Part shown: positions 52,008 through 64,000 of the stretch, piece by piece | How the letters are laid out: each line of letters starts with the position of its first letter | How positions within the stretch are numbered: position 1 is the first letter of the stretch | NCBI RefSeq assembly: GCF_963853765.1 | Contig: NC_088855.1 | Coordinates: forward strand, 1,116,001-1,180,000 | Origin: Magallana gigas | Taxonomy: Eukaryota | Reading direction: 5' to 3' | Length of the DNA: 64,000 nucleotides | Notes under the pieces: generated by a model | What the model was told of the DNA's origin: nothing | Database searches by the model: none | What the model saw: the letters and a program-made list of their open reading frames with translations, nothing else | Program-made: the position numbers and the translations under genes

Positions 52008-52564
52008 CCTTCCCTCTCTCTCCCTCCTGATATAATCTGTGTGGTTCAATGTATGGAACGCTGTAGGGTTTACAAATGTTTGTTTGCTTATCGATGTTTC
52101 TTCCGGGTCATTAATCATGTACAGCAGCATTCACATATTTTGGAATTGAATTTTTCAGTAAAGTTTGAACTTTTTTGCATATTCCGCTCTCTTCAAAGAA
52201 GATGAGTGTATTAAGCGTCTGATCGGCAGACAATGTATTTTACATCACATATTCGTACAATAAATGTAATTGTTAGTTTGTTTACTTAATTTCGAGAAAT
52301 TTAGGCAAATTGTGTTTGCATATAACATATCTAGCAACACTTAGCTTTGCAAAGAAAATTTTTGAATAGACCAGATTTAATACTTCTATTCTACATAAAA
52401 TTTCTTGTATTATATGTAGTCACATGCATGTTTCCGCGTTCACAGTATTATACAGGATATAAAAACAAACACACAAGAACCAAACAAATGAATTCTTCAT
52501 TTAGTCACCGTTTACAGGCACTAAATGAATGTTTATCTATTATAATAGATGGTCATTTTGAGAT

Positions 52565-52655
52565 TAGCTGCAGAACTGTAGCTCTCCGGGAAAAAAATAT
52601 TGACAGTCCGGTCTGTCAATATTTTTTCCCCGGAGAGCTACAGTTCTGCAGCTAT
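52565..52655. repeat. Near-perfect ~90-bp palindrome
   Basis: tagctgcagaactgtagctctccggg...aaaaaatattgacag-tccggt-ctgtcaatatttttt...ccggagagctacagttctgcagcta. Confidence 0.85.
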
Positions 52656-53269
52656 TTTGAAATAAGTTTGAATAGTGATGTTAAAATAATAACGCCATTA
52701 CAGAATAGTTATTTAAGATCAAGCTGCTGAAGCCACGTACTAAGTTGTTGAGTTATGGGAACCCTGTCACTAGAGTTTCTGCTCTCCACATTAAAAACTA
52801 TGCACTCCCTAAAGACATTAGGGCCTAACACCTTCATTACAGGAGAATTACTTGACGCGATGTGTATGAAATTTCCTTGGTTTCCCCGTCCCAGATTCTG
52901 ACCTTTTTTTTTTTTTTTTTACCTCGTTATGTTTTAATGAATATCAGCATGTATGTAAACAGTATATAGTTAATTATTCATTCCACTTGAATCTCGCAGC
53001 TTTACCTGTCAGAAAACATACCCTTCTATATAGCGTGCAGTTTACTCTCTCCCTTTTAGCAACATTAAAGTGTCAATTTTACGGTACAAAGCCCAAGTCA
53101 TAGAAATAATAGTACATTTTGCCCCTTATTTTTGTTTATATGAACTAAACAAATTATAACTATATGTTAAATAACAATTTTCAACTTTAAAAATCATTTC
53201 AAAAGTTTAAGGCTTAAGGACGCACGCAAACATTATATTATAGCAATCCTTGAATTTGATCAAAAATTA

Positions 53270-53772
53270 AAGGGGGTTGGTCACGGTTTTGGTCAAATTC
53301 TATTTCAATGTTTTTATTATTTACAATGCTTTAGGAATGCATCTCTAATGATCAAATAAAATATCAGAGTCAGTCGAAGAAATTTAAGCAAGATACACGG
53401 CTAACAATTTTTTGTCGTGAAAACAAAGCTCGTGCCCTGTTTTTTTGTTTGTTTTTGTTTATAAAGGTTCAATATAGCAGTAAAAAAAATTCAAGCTAAA
53501 TTGTCTATCTTCTTCATTATAGGCATAAATAAACAGTTCCTAACGTTTTCCACATTCATTTTACGTTTAAAACTGGAATTGTCCCATCAACGTTCAAAAT
53601 GTAAACAAAAGCTTTGTTCACATAGCAAATGTAACTCGCTTATACATTTGTTACTCAACAAATGACATTCAAATTTTGGTTGCCTATTAAAAATGCCTTA
53701 CTAAAGCATTGTAAACATTAAAATATAGGAAATATAATTATATTTTTGACGACAATCGTGGCAATGCCCCTA
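53270..53772 (+). mobile_element. Kolobok-like TTAA MITE copy
   Basis: TTAAAGGGGGTTGGTCACGGTTTTGGTCAAATTC ... ACAATCGTGGCAATGCCCC; internal homology to the family. Confidence 0.75.
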
Positions 53773-55879
53773 TAAAACAAGGTGGTACTGTACTAATTCC
53801 CGCCTCATGTATCTCATCAGACGACTTGTGTGGACTGGTCTATTGTACCTTGGGCTGATGACTCAAGATTTACATTTTTTTTTTCTAAATGATGACTGTA
53901 TAATCGCATGAAGCTTGCAAAAACAATTGTACTGTACATACATTTTTTTAATAGTGAATAAGCAATTGACACCTTGCAGACTTTATATTCGTAATCACAC
54001 ATTAGACAGAAGTTTTTCCTACGAACTGCTAATCTCTTAAACAGCGTAGCGCTAAATAAATGTCTTTTATTTCATTGTCCATTATTTGTCAAATTTTTGT
54101 GTAATGTCTTTTATGGCTTATCGAAGATCATTTAGGTCCGAAAATCTCTGTCCACGCAGTTTCGACTTCAGATAAGGAAATAAAGCGGAATCCATAGATC
54201 CGGGCTGTATGGGGGGTCGGGATGCTGCAAGAGCTCAAGATATCAGTATTTCCATTTTCAAACCATTAATTCCAATTGTGGTTATAATTGTAAACATTTG
54301 TCCTATAAAAATAGCAGCATATAAGAACCTTTTGGTCTCCATCGGAGATTTTCTGCATGCACAAAAAATTTAATGACCGCCCGGTGCTCCAAGGTGTCCA
54401 TTTACGTTGACGTTTTTGACTCATTTTTCTAGCGTTGGTCGTCCATATTTGGCAATATAACGGTCAGAAATTCTTCAAATTAATTGAAACTTTCACAAAA
54501 TGATTTTCATAACTTGTTGTGATCTCATATGAAATATCATTTATTTTTATACGCTTAAACTGTACGTTTTCTTAATAAAGAAATATGCGTACAAAATATA
54601 AAACAAATAAAAACTGACATGCTCCGTGAAGCATATCTTATCAAAATAAATAATCTGTATATTTTTAAGGTGCATTTGAAATAAACAAATCCTTACATAT
54701 TTCTTAGAAAATAAGTCAAAATTAAATATGAAAAATGTCGCTGGTGTCATGCGAATAGTTAATAATGGAAGGTTAGTACAATTTTGTCTCCTCAATTAGA
54801 TTTATATAACTGTATATTCCTAAATAATGCATCCCAGCTCCGCTTAGCGGTGCCCTTGTTATACGATGTACCCTTAAGCCAACATTCTCTCATCCCGAAC
54901 GTACTGCACACGACGGATACAGTCACTATACTAGTACCGTACAAAACTACCGGTACAAATGCGGTCACATATATTTGATTTTAAAATATAATGATATAAT
55001 ATATATATAAATTGACAAAAATCTATTAACTGACAATATCGTAAGAGAAAGAAATTCAGGTTTTAGGTATTATTTTAAACAGAATTAATGCATTTACGGA
55101 AAGAACAATTAAGACGCTTAAGTTTACTTTGTTTGGAAAATCATAACTTAAATACACAATACGAAACCAAAGTTCACATTTATTGAACAATACAGCATCA
55201 TGCAAGGTTTTTTTTGTAAACATGCCAATTAAGCTCATAAATAACATTAATTTTTAATTACTTAAATATGTGATATTTTCCTATGATAATGTTCTTCCAC
55301 AAAATAGTACTCGTTAGATACCGAGCATTGATTATTATTTATATGCGAAGTTGTACAATTGTTGAAAAAAGGAAGAAAATTATGGTCTTCTGATTTCTTT
55401 TTTTGTTGTTGATTAATTAACATTTGTTCTAATATACTTTTGATATTTTGACAAATCAAATCTTGACAAGACTCATTTTTAACCCTCTGTACACGAATTG
55501 TTTATCGTTTACAGGATAAATTACATATTAGCAGAGTGTAAACTTTGTACAAGATTCTGGTATATCGGACATTGAAAGAGTCGTAGACAGAGACGTAGAG
55601 ACAACAACTCCAGATAGAGAATGAAAATGAGAACACTATAATAAATGAATAAAGAGTTTGCAAACAAACACCAATTCTAAATAAGAAAACGGATTTTTAA
55701 AGCTAATTCAATGTAGTTGAATCTTTTAGGAAATTATGCATTTTTTTTATCCAAATCTAATATTTTTGCAGAGTCATAAGCATTAAGTGCGTTGACTTGG
55801 TCCCAAATTTAACACACTCTGAAGATTATCAAAATTCGTAATATTTCAAATTACGTTCCTATAATGCACACCTAGACAC

Positions 55880-58800
55880 CTATCGTGGGGCGGCGAATAG
55901 TTTGATCCCATATCTTGCTCGCATTACGGCAGAGATCTGCTTCTCAACCTTATGTGTTTTGTCCACAGAAAAGGTAAATCTGCAAAAGAAACACAATAGG
56001 AAACTATCCACTGTGTAATTTAAAGCAACGTGAGCTGCAATTTTCATAATGAAATTTTTTTTGTCAAAAATGTAATTTTCTACTAAAATGACAAAAATAT
56101 CAATGTTTTTTTTAAATTTCTGTTAACCCTATTTTTGTGGGACAAGGCGTTAAGAAGCCATAATTGAAGGAAAATTGAATTATTGTCGTCCTGTACAAAA
56201 ATCTAACTGTTACATTTTCCTTACAAGAGAAATCTTTCTTCTGACAAAACTGATTGATTTTTTCAAATCTTATTTATCATAAAAGTTTAAGTTACATGCA
56301 GACTTAGAATACTAAAAGGTTTTTGCAGCAAAATAAAATTCTGAAAACTACAGCTCATATTGCATAACAATCTGATTAAAATACAGATTTCTACAACGAC
56401 ACAGAGTGCTGAGAGATCTGACAGCGATCAGTTGAGGACATGTTCCATGAACTTTTATTTATGCAATCAGATGACGCCTTTTTAAATTAATCTTTTTTTA
56501 GCAATGTTACCACCGACTTTGAATCGAGTATTGTGATTCGTTGATAAGGTCATCTTTCATGCAAATAAAAAAGTTCATTCTATAGTAATATTAATAATAG
56601 TAATACTTATGTTCTTAATGTAAACAGTATAGCAAAACAATTTACAGAAACTAGTTCACATTATTGTCCTAAATACGTATCTCCAGACAACAACTATATA
56701 CAGAAACTGACAGAACATGTAATTTGTGAGAAATAAATGTACATTACATGTAAGTTAAACTATATATCCAAAGTATAGGCAAATATGATTTAAACCTTCA
56801 ATGAGAATAAAATAAAGGCTATCACTGCAACTTCGAATAAAAATATTTCTTGAGCTAAGCATATCAAAGATTTTCTATACTAGGTCGAAATGTTAAAAAA
56901 AGAGAAAGCTCATTCAATAATTGCGTGTTGCATATTGTAAAAGATCTAAAATATTCTGTAGTTGCCATCCAGATGAAAGATGTAACTATCAACAATATAA
57001 TGTTTTCTTTGATGATTAATGCGGGTTATGAAGGTAGCGATCAATGCAGAAAAAATTTACATGACCCGCGTTAGCGGGTTATTTATTTCTGTCTTCAATG
57101 TCGCCACCTTCATATTCTGCATGAATCATTAAAGAAAGCATTTTATTGTTGAAATATTTATAAGATCTCTGTGTAATTAATATTCAATAACATCATATCT
57201 GTATACATGTTAACTGATGAATGTTGTAATCTGTGTAATAATTGACATAAAGAATGAGAAACAAAGGTCCAAGTATTGGTCCCTGAGGTACACCTATAGA
57301 ATACTCAAATTTCTGAGATGGTTGACAGTTTGTTATTGTCGTTTTTTCATTCCATTTAACCAAACATTGCACATGATATATTTGTCAAATAATATTTCAG
57401 CTAGTTAGGTGAATTATTGCATATGCTAAACGGAGTTTTTGCAGTAATGCATGGTGATTAACCGTATCAAAAGTTGAACTTAGATCTACAAATAAAATAC
57501 CTGCAAATTTACCACTGTTAATGTTACGTAACCACTTTTCAATACTCAAAAAAACAAGTACAAGCATGTTTTTCAATACTTTTGCTTATGGCAGGTAAAA
57601 AAAGAAACTGGACGATTATTTTTGAGTTAAACTCTTTACTCATATATAAAATTGAGTGACCCCTGCTCATTTCCATCCTTCAGTAATTATATCTGATTTC
57701 ATTGAACAATCCATAATATTTGTTTAAAAAAAACCGCTATAACATGGACACTTAGTTTATAAAGTTTCACTGAAATATCATCTAAACCTATATTTAGAAT
57801 TAGACATGACGTTGCAGATCACGACCCTCAATAGGTAGTTGCTTTATCTCTCTACACTCTGTGCTAGTTTAGAAAAATTAATTTGCATTTGCGCTATTGT
57901 AGTGAGTTGTAATTTAATCAGATTGACTATTTAATTTTATGATACAATATGGCTGTGAGCGCTGTAAAAGATATCATACCGTTGAAGCAATGTAGCAAGC
58001 ACTGTCCGTTCTTCACTCATGGCAAAATTTTGACCGATACAGTTTCTACAACCAAAAACAGCATTTCACAACAGTTTTAAAGCAACTGTTCATGTAGTTA
58101 GAGACAAAAATACATGCGCAAAGAGGTATACCTTGGACCTGCAGAAAACTACTGTTGATATAGTTTTAGAAACAAAAAATCATAAACATGATTGTATACG
58201 TATACCTTGGACCTGCAGAAAATGGGCAGAAGGCGAACGAGTCTCTTTCCTCGGTGTTTTCTGGAGAGAACCTCTCGGGTTTAAACTGGGCATGGTCCTT
58301 CCCCCACACAGTGGGGTTATGATGGAGACCATTGATACTGATCAAGACACTGGTCCTGGCAGGGATCTCGTGGTCCCCCTCTCTGAGGGGGGACTGGATG
58401 TCCCTTAAAATCCCAGGAACAGGGGAGTGGAGGCGCATTCCTTCTTTGATGCACTGTGTCAGGTACTCCAGCCTACCCAGGTCCTTCCTAGGATTAATAG
58501 TTAACATAGGATTGATCTATTCCCAACACTGACAGCTAACTGAACGGTTGCGAGCAAAAATTGCCTGAATGTTCACTATTAAAATTAAGAATCGACTTAA
58601 TATTTACTCTTGTAAGTCAACCGAATGTTTGCAAGTTAAATTGTGTTGATTAGCTTAGTTTTGCAATTCAGTCATCTTACAGACATTTCTATTAAAATTC
58701 AGTTCACTGAATGGCACAGATTTATTTTTGGATGAATTGAAGTGCAATTTCTTTCATTACGTTCAACAAATAGGTTTAGATGTTTAGATGACACTAGTCA

Positions 58801-61800
58801 ATCGGCGCTATTAATACTACCGTTAAATCAACATGAAACAAGAGAAAAGCTGTCAATGTGACAGCAAACCGGGTTTTCTTTTATGTGAACTGTATCCATA
58901 ATCCTATCAACACGTATCCAGTGAAATGGAGTACCCTGTATGCAACATTTTGCCAAAAAATGACTATGTTCAAAAGCTGGTATTTTTTTCATAAATTATC
59001 GGAAATCAAAATCCTAGCAATATGCACACCTCTGATATATGTACAATTGATCTGCAAAAGAACAACTTCCTATCTTGAGAACTGTAGGAGGAGTTATCCG
59101 TACAATGAGGGTACCCTATATGCAATATTTTGCCAAAAAAAGACTAAGTTCAAAAGCTGGTATTTTTTTCATAAATTATCGGAAATCAAAATCCTAGCAA
59201 TATGCACACCTCTGATATATGTACAATTGATCTGCAAAAGAACAACTTCCTATCTTGAGAACTGTAGGAGGAGTTATCCGTACAATGAGGGTACCCTATA
59301 TGCAATATTTTGCCAAAAAAAGACTAAGTTCAAAAGCTGGTATTATTTTCATAAATTATCGGAAATCAAAATCCTAGCAATATGCACACCTCTGATATAT
59401 GTACAATTGATCTGCAAAAGAACAACTTCCTATCTTGAGAACTGTAGGAGGAGTTATCCGTACAATGAGGGTACCCTATGTGCAATATTTTGCCAAAAAA
59501 AGACTAAGTTCAAAAGCTGGTATTTTTTTCATAAATTATCAGAAATCAAAATCCTAGCAATATGCACACCTCTGATATATGTACAATTGATCTGCAAAAG
59601 AACAACTTCCTATCTTGAGAACTGTAGGAGGAGTTATCCGTACAATGAGGGTACCCTATATGCAAAATTTTGCCAAAAAATGACTAAGTTCAAAACCTGG
59701 TATTTTTTCGATAAATTATCGGAAATCAAAATCCTTGCAATATGCACACCTCTGATATATGTACAACTGATCTGCAAAAGAACAACTTCCTATCTTGAAA
59801 ACTGTAGGAGGAGTTATCCGTACAATGAGGGTACCCTATATGCAATATTTTGCCAAAAAATGACTAAGTTCAAAAGCTGGTATTTTTTTCATAAATTATC
59901 AGAAATCAAAATCCTAGCAATATGCACACCTCTGATATATGTACAATTGATCTGCAAAAGAACAACTTCCTATCTTAAAAACTGTAGGAGGAGTTATCCG
60001 TACAATGAGGGTACCCTATATGCAATATTTTGCCAAAAAATGACTAAGTTCAAAACCTGGTATTTTTTCGATAAATTATCGGAAATCAAAATCCTTGCAA
60101 TATGCACACCTCTGATATATGTACAATTGATCTGCAAAAGAACAACTTCCTATCTTGAAAACTGTAGGAGGAGTTATCCGTACAATGAGGGTACCCTTTC
60201 GGCAGCCGCCCGCCCGCCCGCCCGCCCGCCCACCCGCCCGCCATTTTCACCATTTTAATAACCGGATTTTTCCGTTGGAAAACCCGGTTAAAAACTGCAA
60301 ATACAGGAAGTAAAGTCTATGAGTTACCATCAAGTTCTTTGTTTTTCACTTATTTTTTGTTTCGCTTAATATCTTTTTAAAATACACCATAAAACGTGGT
60401 AAAGGCTTTTAGCCATTTTTCACGGTTTATAATGAGGTCCTTACCACTCGAGTTGTCCAGATTTGGTCTCACTGATGACCTTATCGATTTCTTCCTGACA
60501 TTTCCGCTGACATTCGGGATTTTCCGCCAAAGAATAGAGGATCCACGAGATGGCGCTAGCTGTAGTGTCATGGCCTAAAACAATCAACCAATCAAACACT
60601 GGGAATTCTTTTGGTATACGTTTTAAAATATCTTAGAACTTTTTTTCATCACTGTGTTCTATGACAGGTTTTGACTGTTACGTTCACTATACCCTCAAAC
60701 ATGAATGTGTCCACTTCACTACGAATGTCTTCTTTTGACATTCCTTTTCCGTTCTCATCTTTAGCTGTCAAAAGGATGTCCAAGAAATCCAAATACTTTT
60801 GGGAAGATATACCCTGAGTTTCCTGAAAAAGATATGAAAAAGGAAAATTGGCACTTTGGATATGCCTGCTATTTGTATTTAAACTTTTATAATGACAATA
60901 TCAATTGTGTATAAGTTGCCAACTTACCCATGATGTAAATTCGGTATCTTTACGCAGTAAGACAAACGGTGTGTGTTTTTAATTGATGTGTTTGTATACT
61001 ATGATATCAATGTTTGGTATACACATACCAATGTGTTGCGTCTTTTGTCTATCACATCCTCAGCTACTTGGTGGACGTAATCACACTTGGCTTTAAAACT
61101 CTTCCCCTCTGCCGTTCGGTAAAATATAAAGTCTGGGTGTAGCCAGGGAGCCCTGTAAAACACATATTTTATAAATTTTTAGAATGTATCATTATATGCT
61201 AACATTTGCCAGTGTCTTTGTTTATAATGCACGTAATACTACGAATCTAATTTAGTTGTTATTCCTCATATAGTTCAAAACATTTAATTAATGAGGCGAA
61301 AGACGTACTGTTGTAGTCTACAAAATTAAACAAATTAAAAAAAACCCGTCAAATTATCTTTAATATGTATTTGTACAATTGTCTAAAAATAATCGAAAAT
61401 TAAATTGAATATGGTGAGGTGATCACAACAGTCGGTCGGGGAAGCCTGGAAAGCTTTCTGATGGATTTGATGACGCCATGACTGTACTTTTCATCTCATG
61501 ATACTAAAAATGCATTCTTATTATAATTACTTAAAAAAAAAATTATATATATATAATTGAATAGAATCAACAACACTAGGAATCTTTAAAGTGTTGGATC
61601 TAATATATAGATACTAAGCCAGTAAAATGAATATATAAAGCACTAAAAATGGCTAACGACACGAACAATAGAAATTGTCAAATTTTCGGGACAACCAGTC
61701 CCTTTTTTAGGACCAAAAAATAAATTACATGAGTAAAAAACAAAGAACACAAAATCTAAAGCTACTACGAAACTACTTAAGAAACCATAAAAAAGAACAG

Positions 61801-61974
61801 CTACATTATAAACATTTGTTTACATTCTTAAAGAAGGTGTTAATACTGTCGCCGATTGCTCTAAAGTAATCAATCGACTGTTAACAATCGAATCGAATGT
61901 GAACAAATGTTTATAATGTAGCTGTTCTTTTTTATAGTTTCTTAATTAAGTAGTTTAGTTTCCCCAAAGAGCAC

Positions 61975-62053
<79 letters not shown>

Positions 62054-63255
62054 CATTTACCTAAGATTTGTAATGTAAAAGAGGAGACGGATACCTATTT
62101 CTTCGATTCCATGTAGCTGAAATCTCATTTACGGCTGATATGTATGGGTGTATGGTCCCGCTGAAATAAATTGATCGAAAGAATTATATAAAGTATGATA
62201 GTGTCACGCGCTGAGAAGTTCTCGAGGATAGTTCGTCTAGAAGCATGTAGTGATCAGAGGTATTAGCAAGAAGAAAGAAAGAAGAAAGCACGGGTAGGTA
62301 ACTGCGTAAGTTGATTTAGTTTTTACCCATTTCTTATAACATGGATTCATATTATTCAATTGTATTAAAGCAAAATGTATATATAAGGCATCTTTAAAGA
62401 GACATGGTCAGATTCTGTTTTTCTTATTTAAAATATTTTAGGAATGCATTTCTAATGCTCAAATGAAATCTAAGAGTCAGTCGTTGAGTTATAAGCAAAA
62501 TACAGTACTTACAATTCTTTGTCATGTAAACAAGTCTCGTGCCCTGTTTTTGTTTACATAGATTCAATAAACCTGTGAAAAATCTTTTTCAGGCTGGTTT
62601 GTATATCTTCTTATTCATTTTAAGCATCTATAAATAGTTTCTAACATTTAACACATTCATTTTAGGTCTAAAACAAGAATTTTCACTTCAACATTCAAAA
62701 TTTAAACAAAAGCTTTGTTTACATAACAAAGAATTATAAGCTCTATAACTCACTTACAACTCAACGAATGTCACTCAAATTTTTGTTGCCTATTAAAAAT
62801 GCTTTACTGAAGCATTGTAAGCATTAAATACAATAAAATAATTTTTGACCAAAATCGTGACCATGTCCCTTTGACTCTAATGAAGTGAAAACATACAGTA
62901 TACCGTTTCCAGAAAATAGTATCCAGCCGATATTTGTGGCCTACTAAGTATGTCAATTTCACATCAACTTACGTTTTACATATTAAAGTAAATGTTTGAT
63001 CTCTGGTGTTAATTTGGTCGCATTGCCAATAATAAAGAGTATTTTTGCACTAATGGGTCACCGGCAGCCCGTGACTTTTACTGTTTTGAGCATTACATGG
63101 TGATTTCAACCCATTTTGAAACGGGTTGTGTTACCAAATGTTGTGTCTGTCTCAATGGATATGGCTTAAAAGGCGAACGTACAAGAACCGAGTTCTAATA
63201 CAGAAAGGAGTTTTCTTTTTATATACAGCAATACAAAATTAAAATGTTTCGCTTT

Positions 63256-63299
<44 letters not shown>

Positions 63300-63916
63300 A
63301 TTTGAAAACTGTGCGATTTATACCATAATAAATATAAATTAAGAGTGCAATATATATATATATATAATAGTCAATACCATACATACCAGAAATTTTGACA
63401 GTCCGTCTTATAGGAAAACGCACACTGTAAAATAATGTCCAGGGTGCAGGAACTGACAAGGCTGAATATTTCTACACTTTCGTTCTTCTCGACCGAGATT
63501 TCTATGTTTCGCTTCGAAAAAAAGATGTATATTTACTTTTAAAGGACTATGCAAAGCTAAACTTAAGGCTTAACTTAGTGTTTTCTGAACTTAAATCAAC
63601 TTAGCTTAACTTTAGACTTAACTTAGTGTTTTCTCAGTTATGCTAAGCATAACTGAGGAAACACTAAGTTAAGCTTCATGCCATGGAATCGTTTCCATGG
63701 AAACCTCTGGTTCTCATTGATTTCCGTAAAATACCGCTAGAATATCTGCGCAGGACTTGTAGATCTTCACATAAGGTCTCAGGATGTCAAAATGAAAGGC
63801 GGGAGTAAGCAGACGTCTGGAGCGCTTCCATTTGGCACCCCCTGCTATCAGAAGTCCCTCTCCCAACCATGGAATTCCATGTCTGTACACCTGGCCAAAG
63901 TTCACAGGTTTTGGAT
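55880..63916 (-). CDS. CYP4: Cytochrome P450, clan 4 (CYP4F-like), tandem paralog, 5'-partial (exons 1-2 beyond window)
   Basis: Exons 63916-63735, 63511-63387, 62160-62095, 61152-61029, 60822-60693, 60574-60445, 58487-58206, 58045-57980 and 55979-55880. All internal exon lengths equal those of the left paralog (182, 125, 66, 124, 130, 130, 282, 66). Motifs FEGHDTT, KEGMR, KPERF and FSAGPRNCIG are intact. Confidence 0.92.
56998..57148. repeat. Degenerate ~150-bp palindrome with ACCCGC-GTTA-GCGGGT tip
   Basis: Arms taatgttttctttgatgattaatgc...tatgaaggtagcga / tcgccaccttcata...gcatgaatcattaaagaaagcatt. Confidence 0.7.
58836..60294 (+). mobile_element. Helentron/HINE-like element carrying a 7 x 180-bp tandem array (satellite-like), in a CYP intron
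   Basis: 5' AAACAAGAG...GCTGTC-aatgt-GACAGC; units start at 58931, 59111, 59291, 59471, 59651, 59831 and 60011 with a partial unit at 60191; (CCCG)n at ~60209-60240; 3' hairpin AACCGG...CCGGTT then AAAAA. This layout matches described bivalve pearl/HINE elements. Confidence 0.85.
61775..61950. repeat. Inverted repeat with ~50-bp arms
   Basis: ttaagaaaccataaaaaagaacagctacattataaacatttgtttacattc / gaatgtgaacaaatgtttataatgtagctgttctttttatagtttcttaa. Confidence 0.75.
61979..62048. repeat. (TA)n microsatellite
   Basis: About 35 TA units. Confidence 0.95.
62398..62870 (+). mobile_element. Kolobok-like TTAA MITE copy
   Basis: TTAA|AGAGACATGGTCA ... TTTTGACCAAAATCGTGACCATGTCCCT|TTGA. Confidence 0.78.
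63253..63297. repeat. (TC)n microsatellite
   Basis: About 20 TC units; the source of the ERERE run in the 63166-63459 ORF. Confidence 0.95.
63570..63690. repeat. CTTAA-rich repeat with inverted arm
   Basis: cttaacttagtgttttctcagttatgc-taa-gcataactgaggaaacactaagttaag plus repeated aactta(g/a) units. Confidence 0.6.
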
Positions 63917-64000
63917 CTTTAAAACATATACGCCCACTGCTTTAAACTTCACTTTTGTTTACATGACAAGGAAGATAAAATTAGAGTAATTCCAAAACAA

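Noticed and set aside
58931-60190. Regular repeat array as a possible CRISPR
   Set aside because: The units are contiguous 180-bp tandem copies with no unique spacers, in a eukaryotic context with no cas genes.
58858-60258. 466-aa ORF with 60-aa repeats
   Set aside because: It is a by-product of a 180-bp (multiple of 3) unit that lacks stops in one frame. It starts at a non-ATG codon, lies antisense in a CYP intron within a transposon, and the monomer copy at 38088 is not open in the same way.
22787-63916. Globin + carbonic anhydrase + two P450s as a functional gas/heme gene cluster
   Set aside because: Adjacency and shared strand in an animal genome do not imply co-regulation; no shared regulatory signal was seen.

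Overview
AT-rich eukaryotic (animal) genomic DNA with GT-AG introns and four N gaps. Gene and repeat content points to a bivalve mollusc, most likely an oyster (inference). Spliced genes reconstructed by hand, left to right: (1) a THAP-domain PIF/Harbinger (ISL2EU-type) transposase on the minus strand, running off the left edge, with one in-frame stop; (2) two tandem paralogous secreted Ig-domain genes on +, where the homologue of copy 1's last exon lies on the opposite strand in copy 2; (3) a complete 3-exon, 178-aa globin with an N-terminal myristoylation-type motif (globin X-like); (4) a 10-exon, ~427-aa nacrein-like alpha-carbonic anhydrase with an acidic insert; (5) two tandem CYP4-clan P450s, one complete (11 exons, 508 aa) and one truncated by the right edge. 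Introns and intergenic DNA are dense with non-autonomous transposons: TTAA-flanked Kolobok-like MITEs, TA-flanked MITEs, Penelope fragments, long palindromic elements, a tRNA-derived SINE, and a Helentron/HINE-type element present both as a monomer and as a 7 x 180-bp array. That array explains the 466-aa ORF. Most short ORFs in the supplied track are not genes. All exon coordinates were read by eye and no database searches were run.
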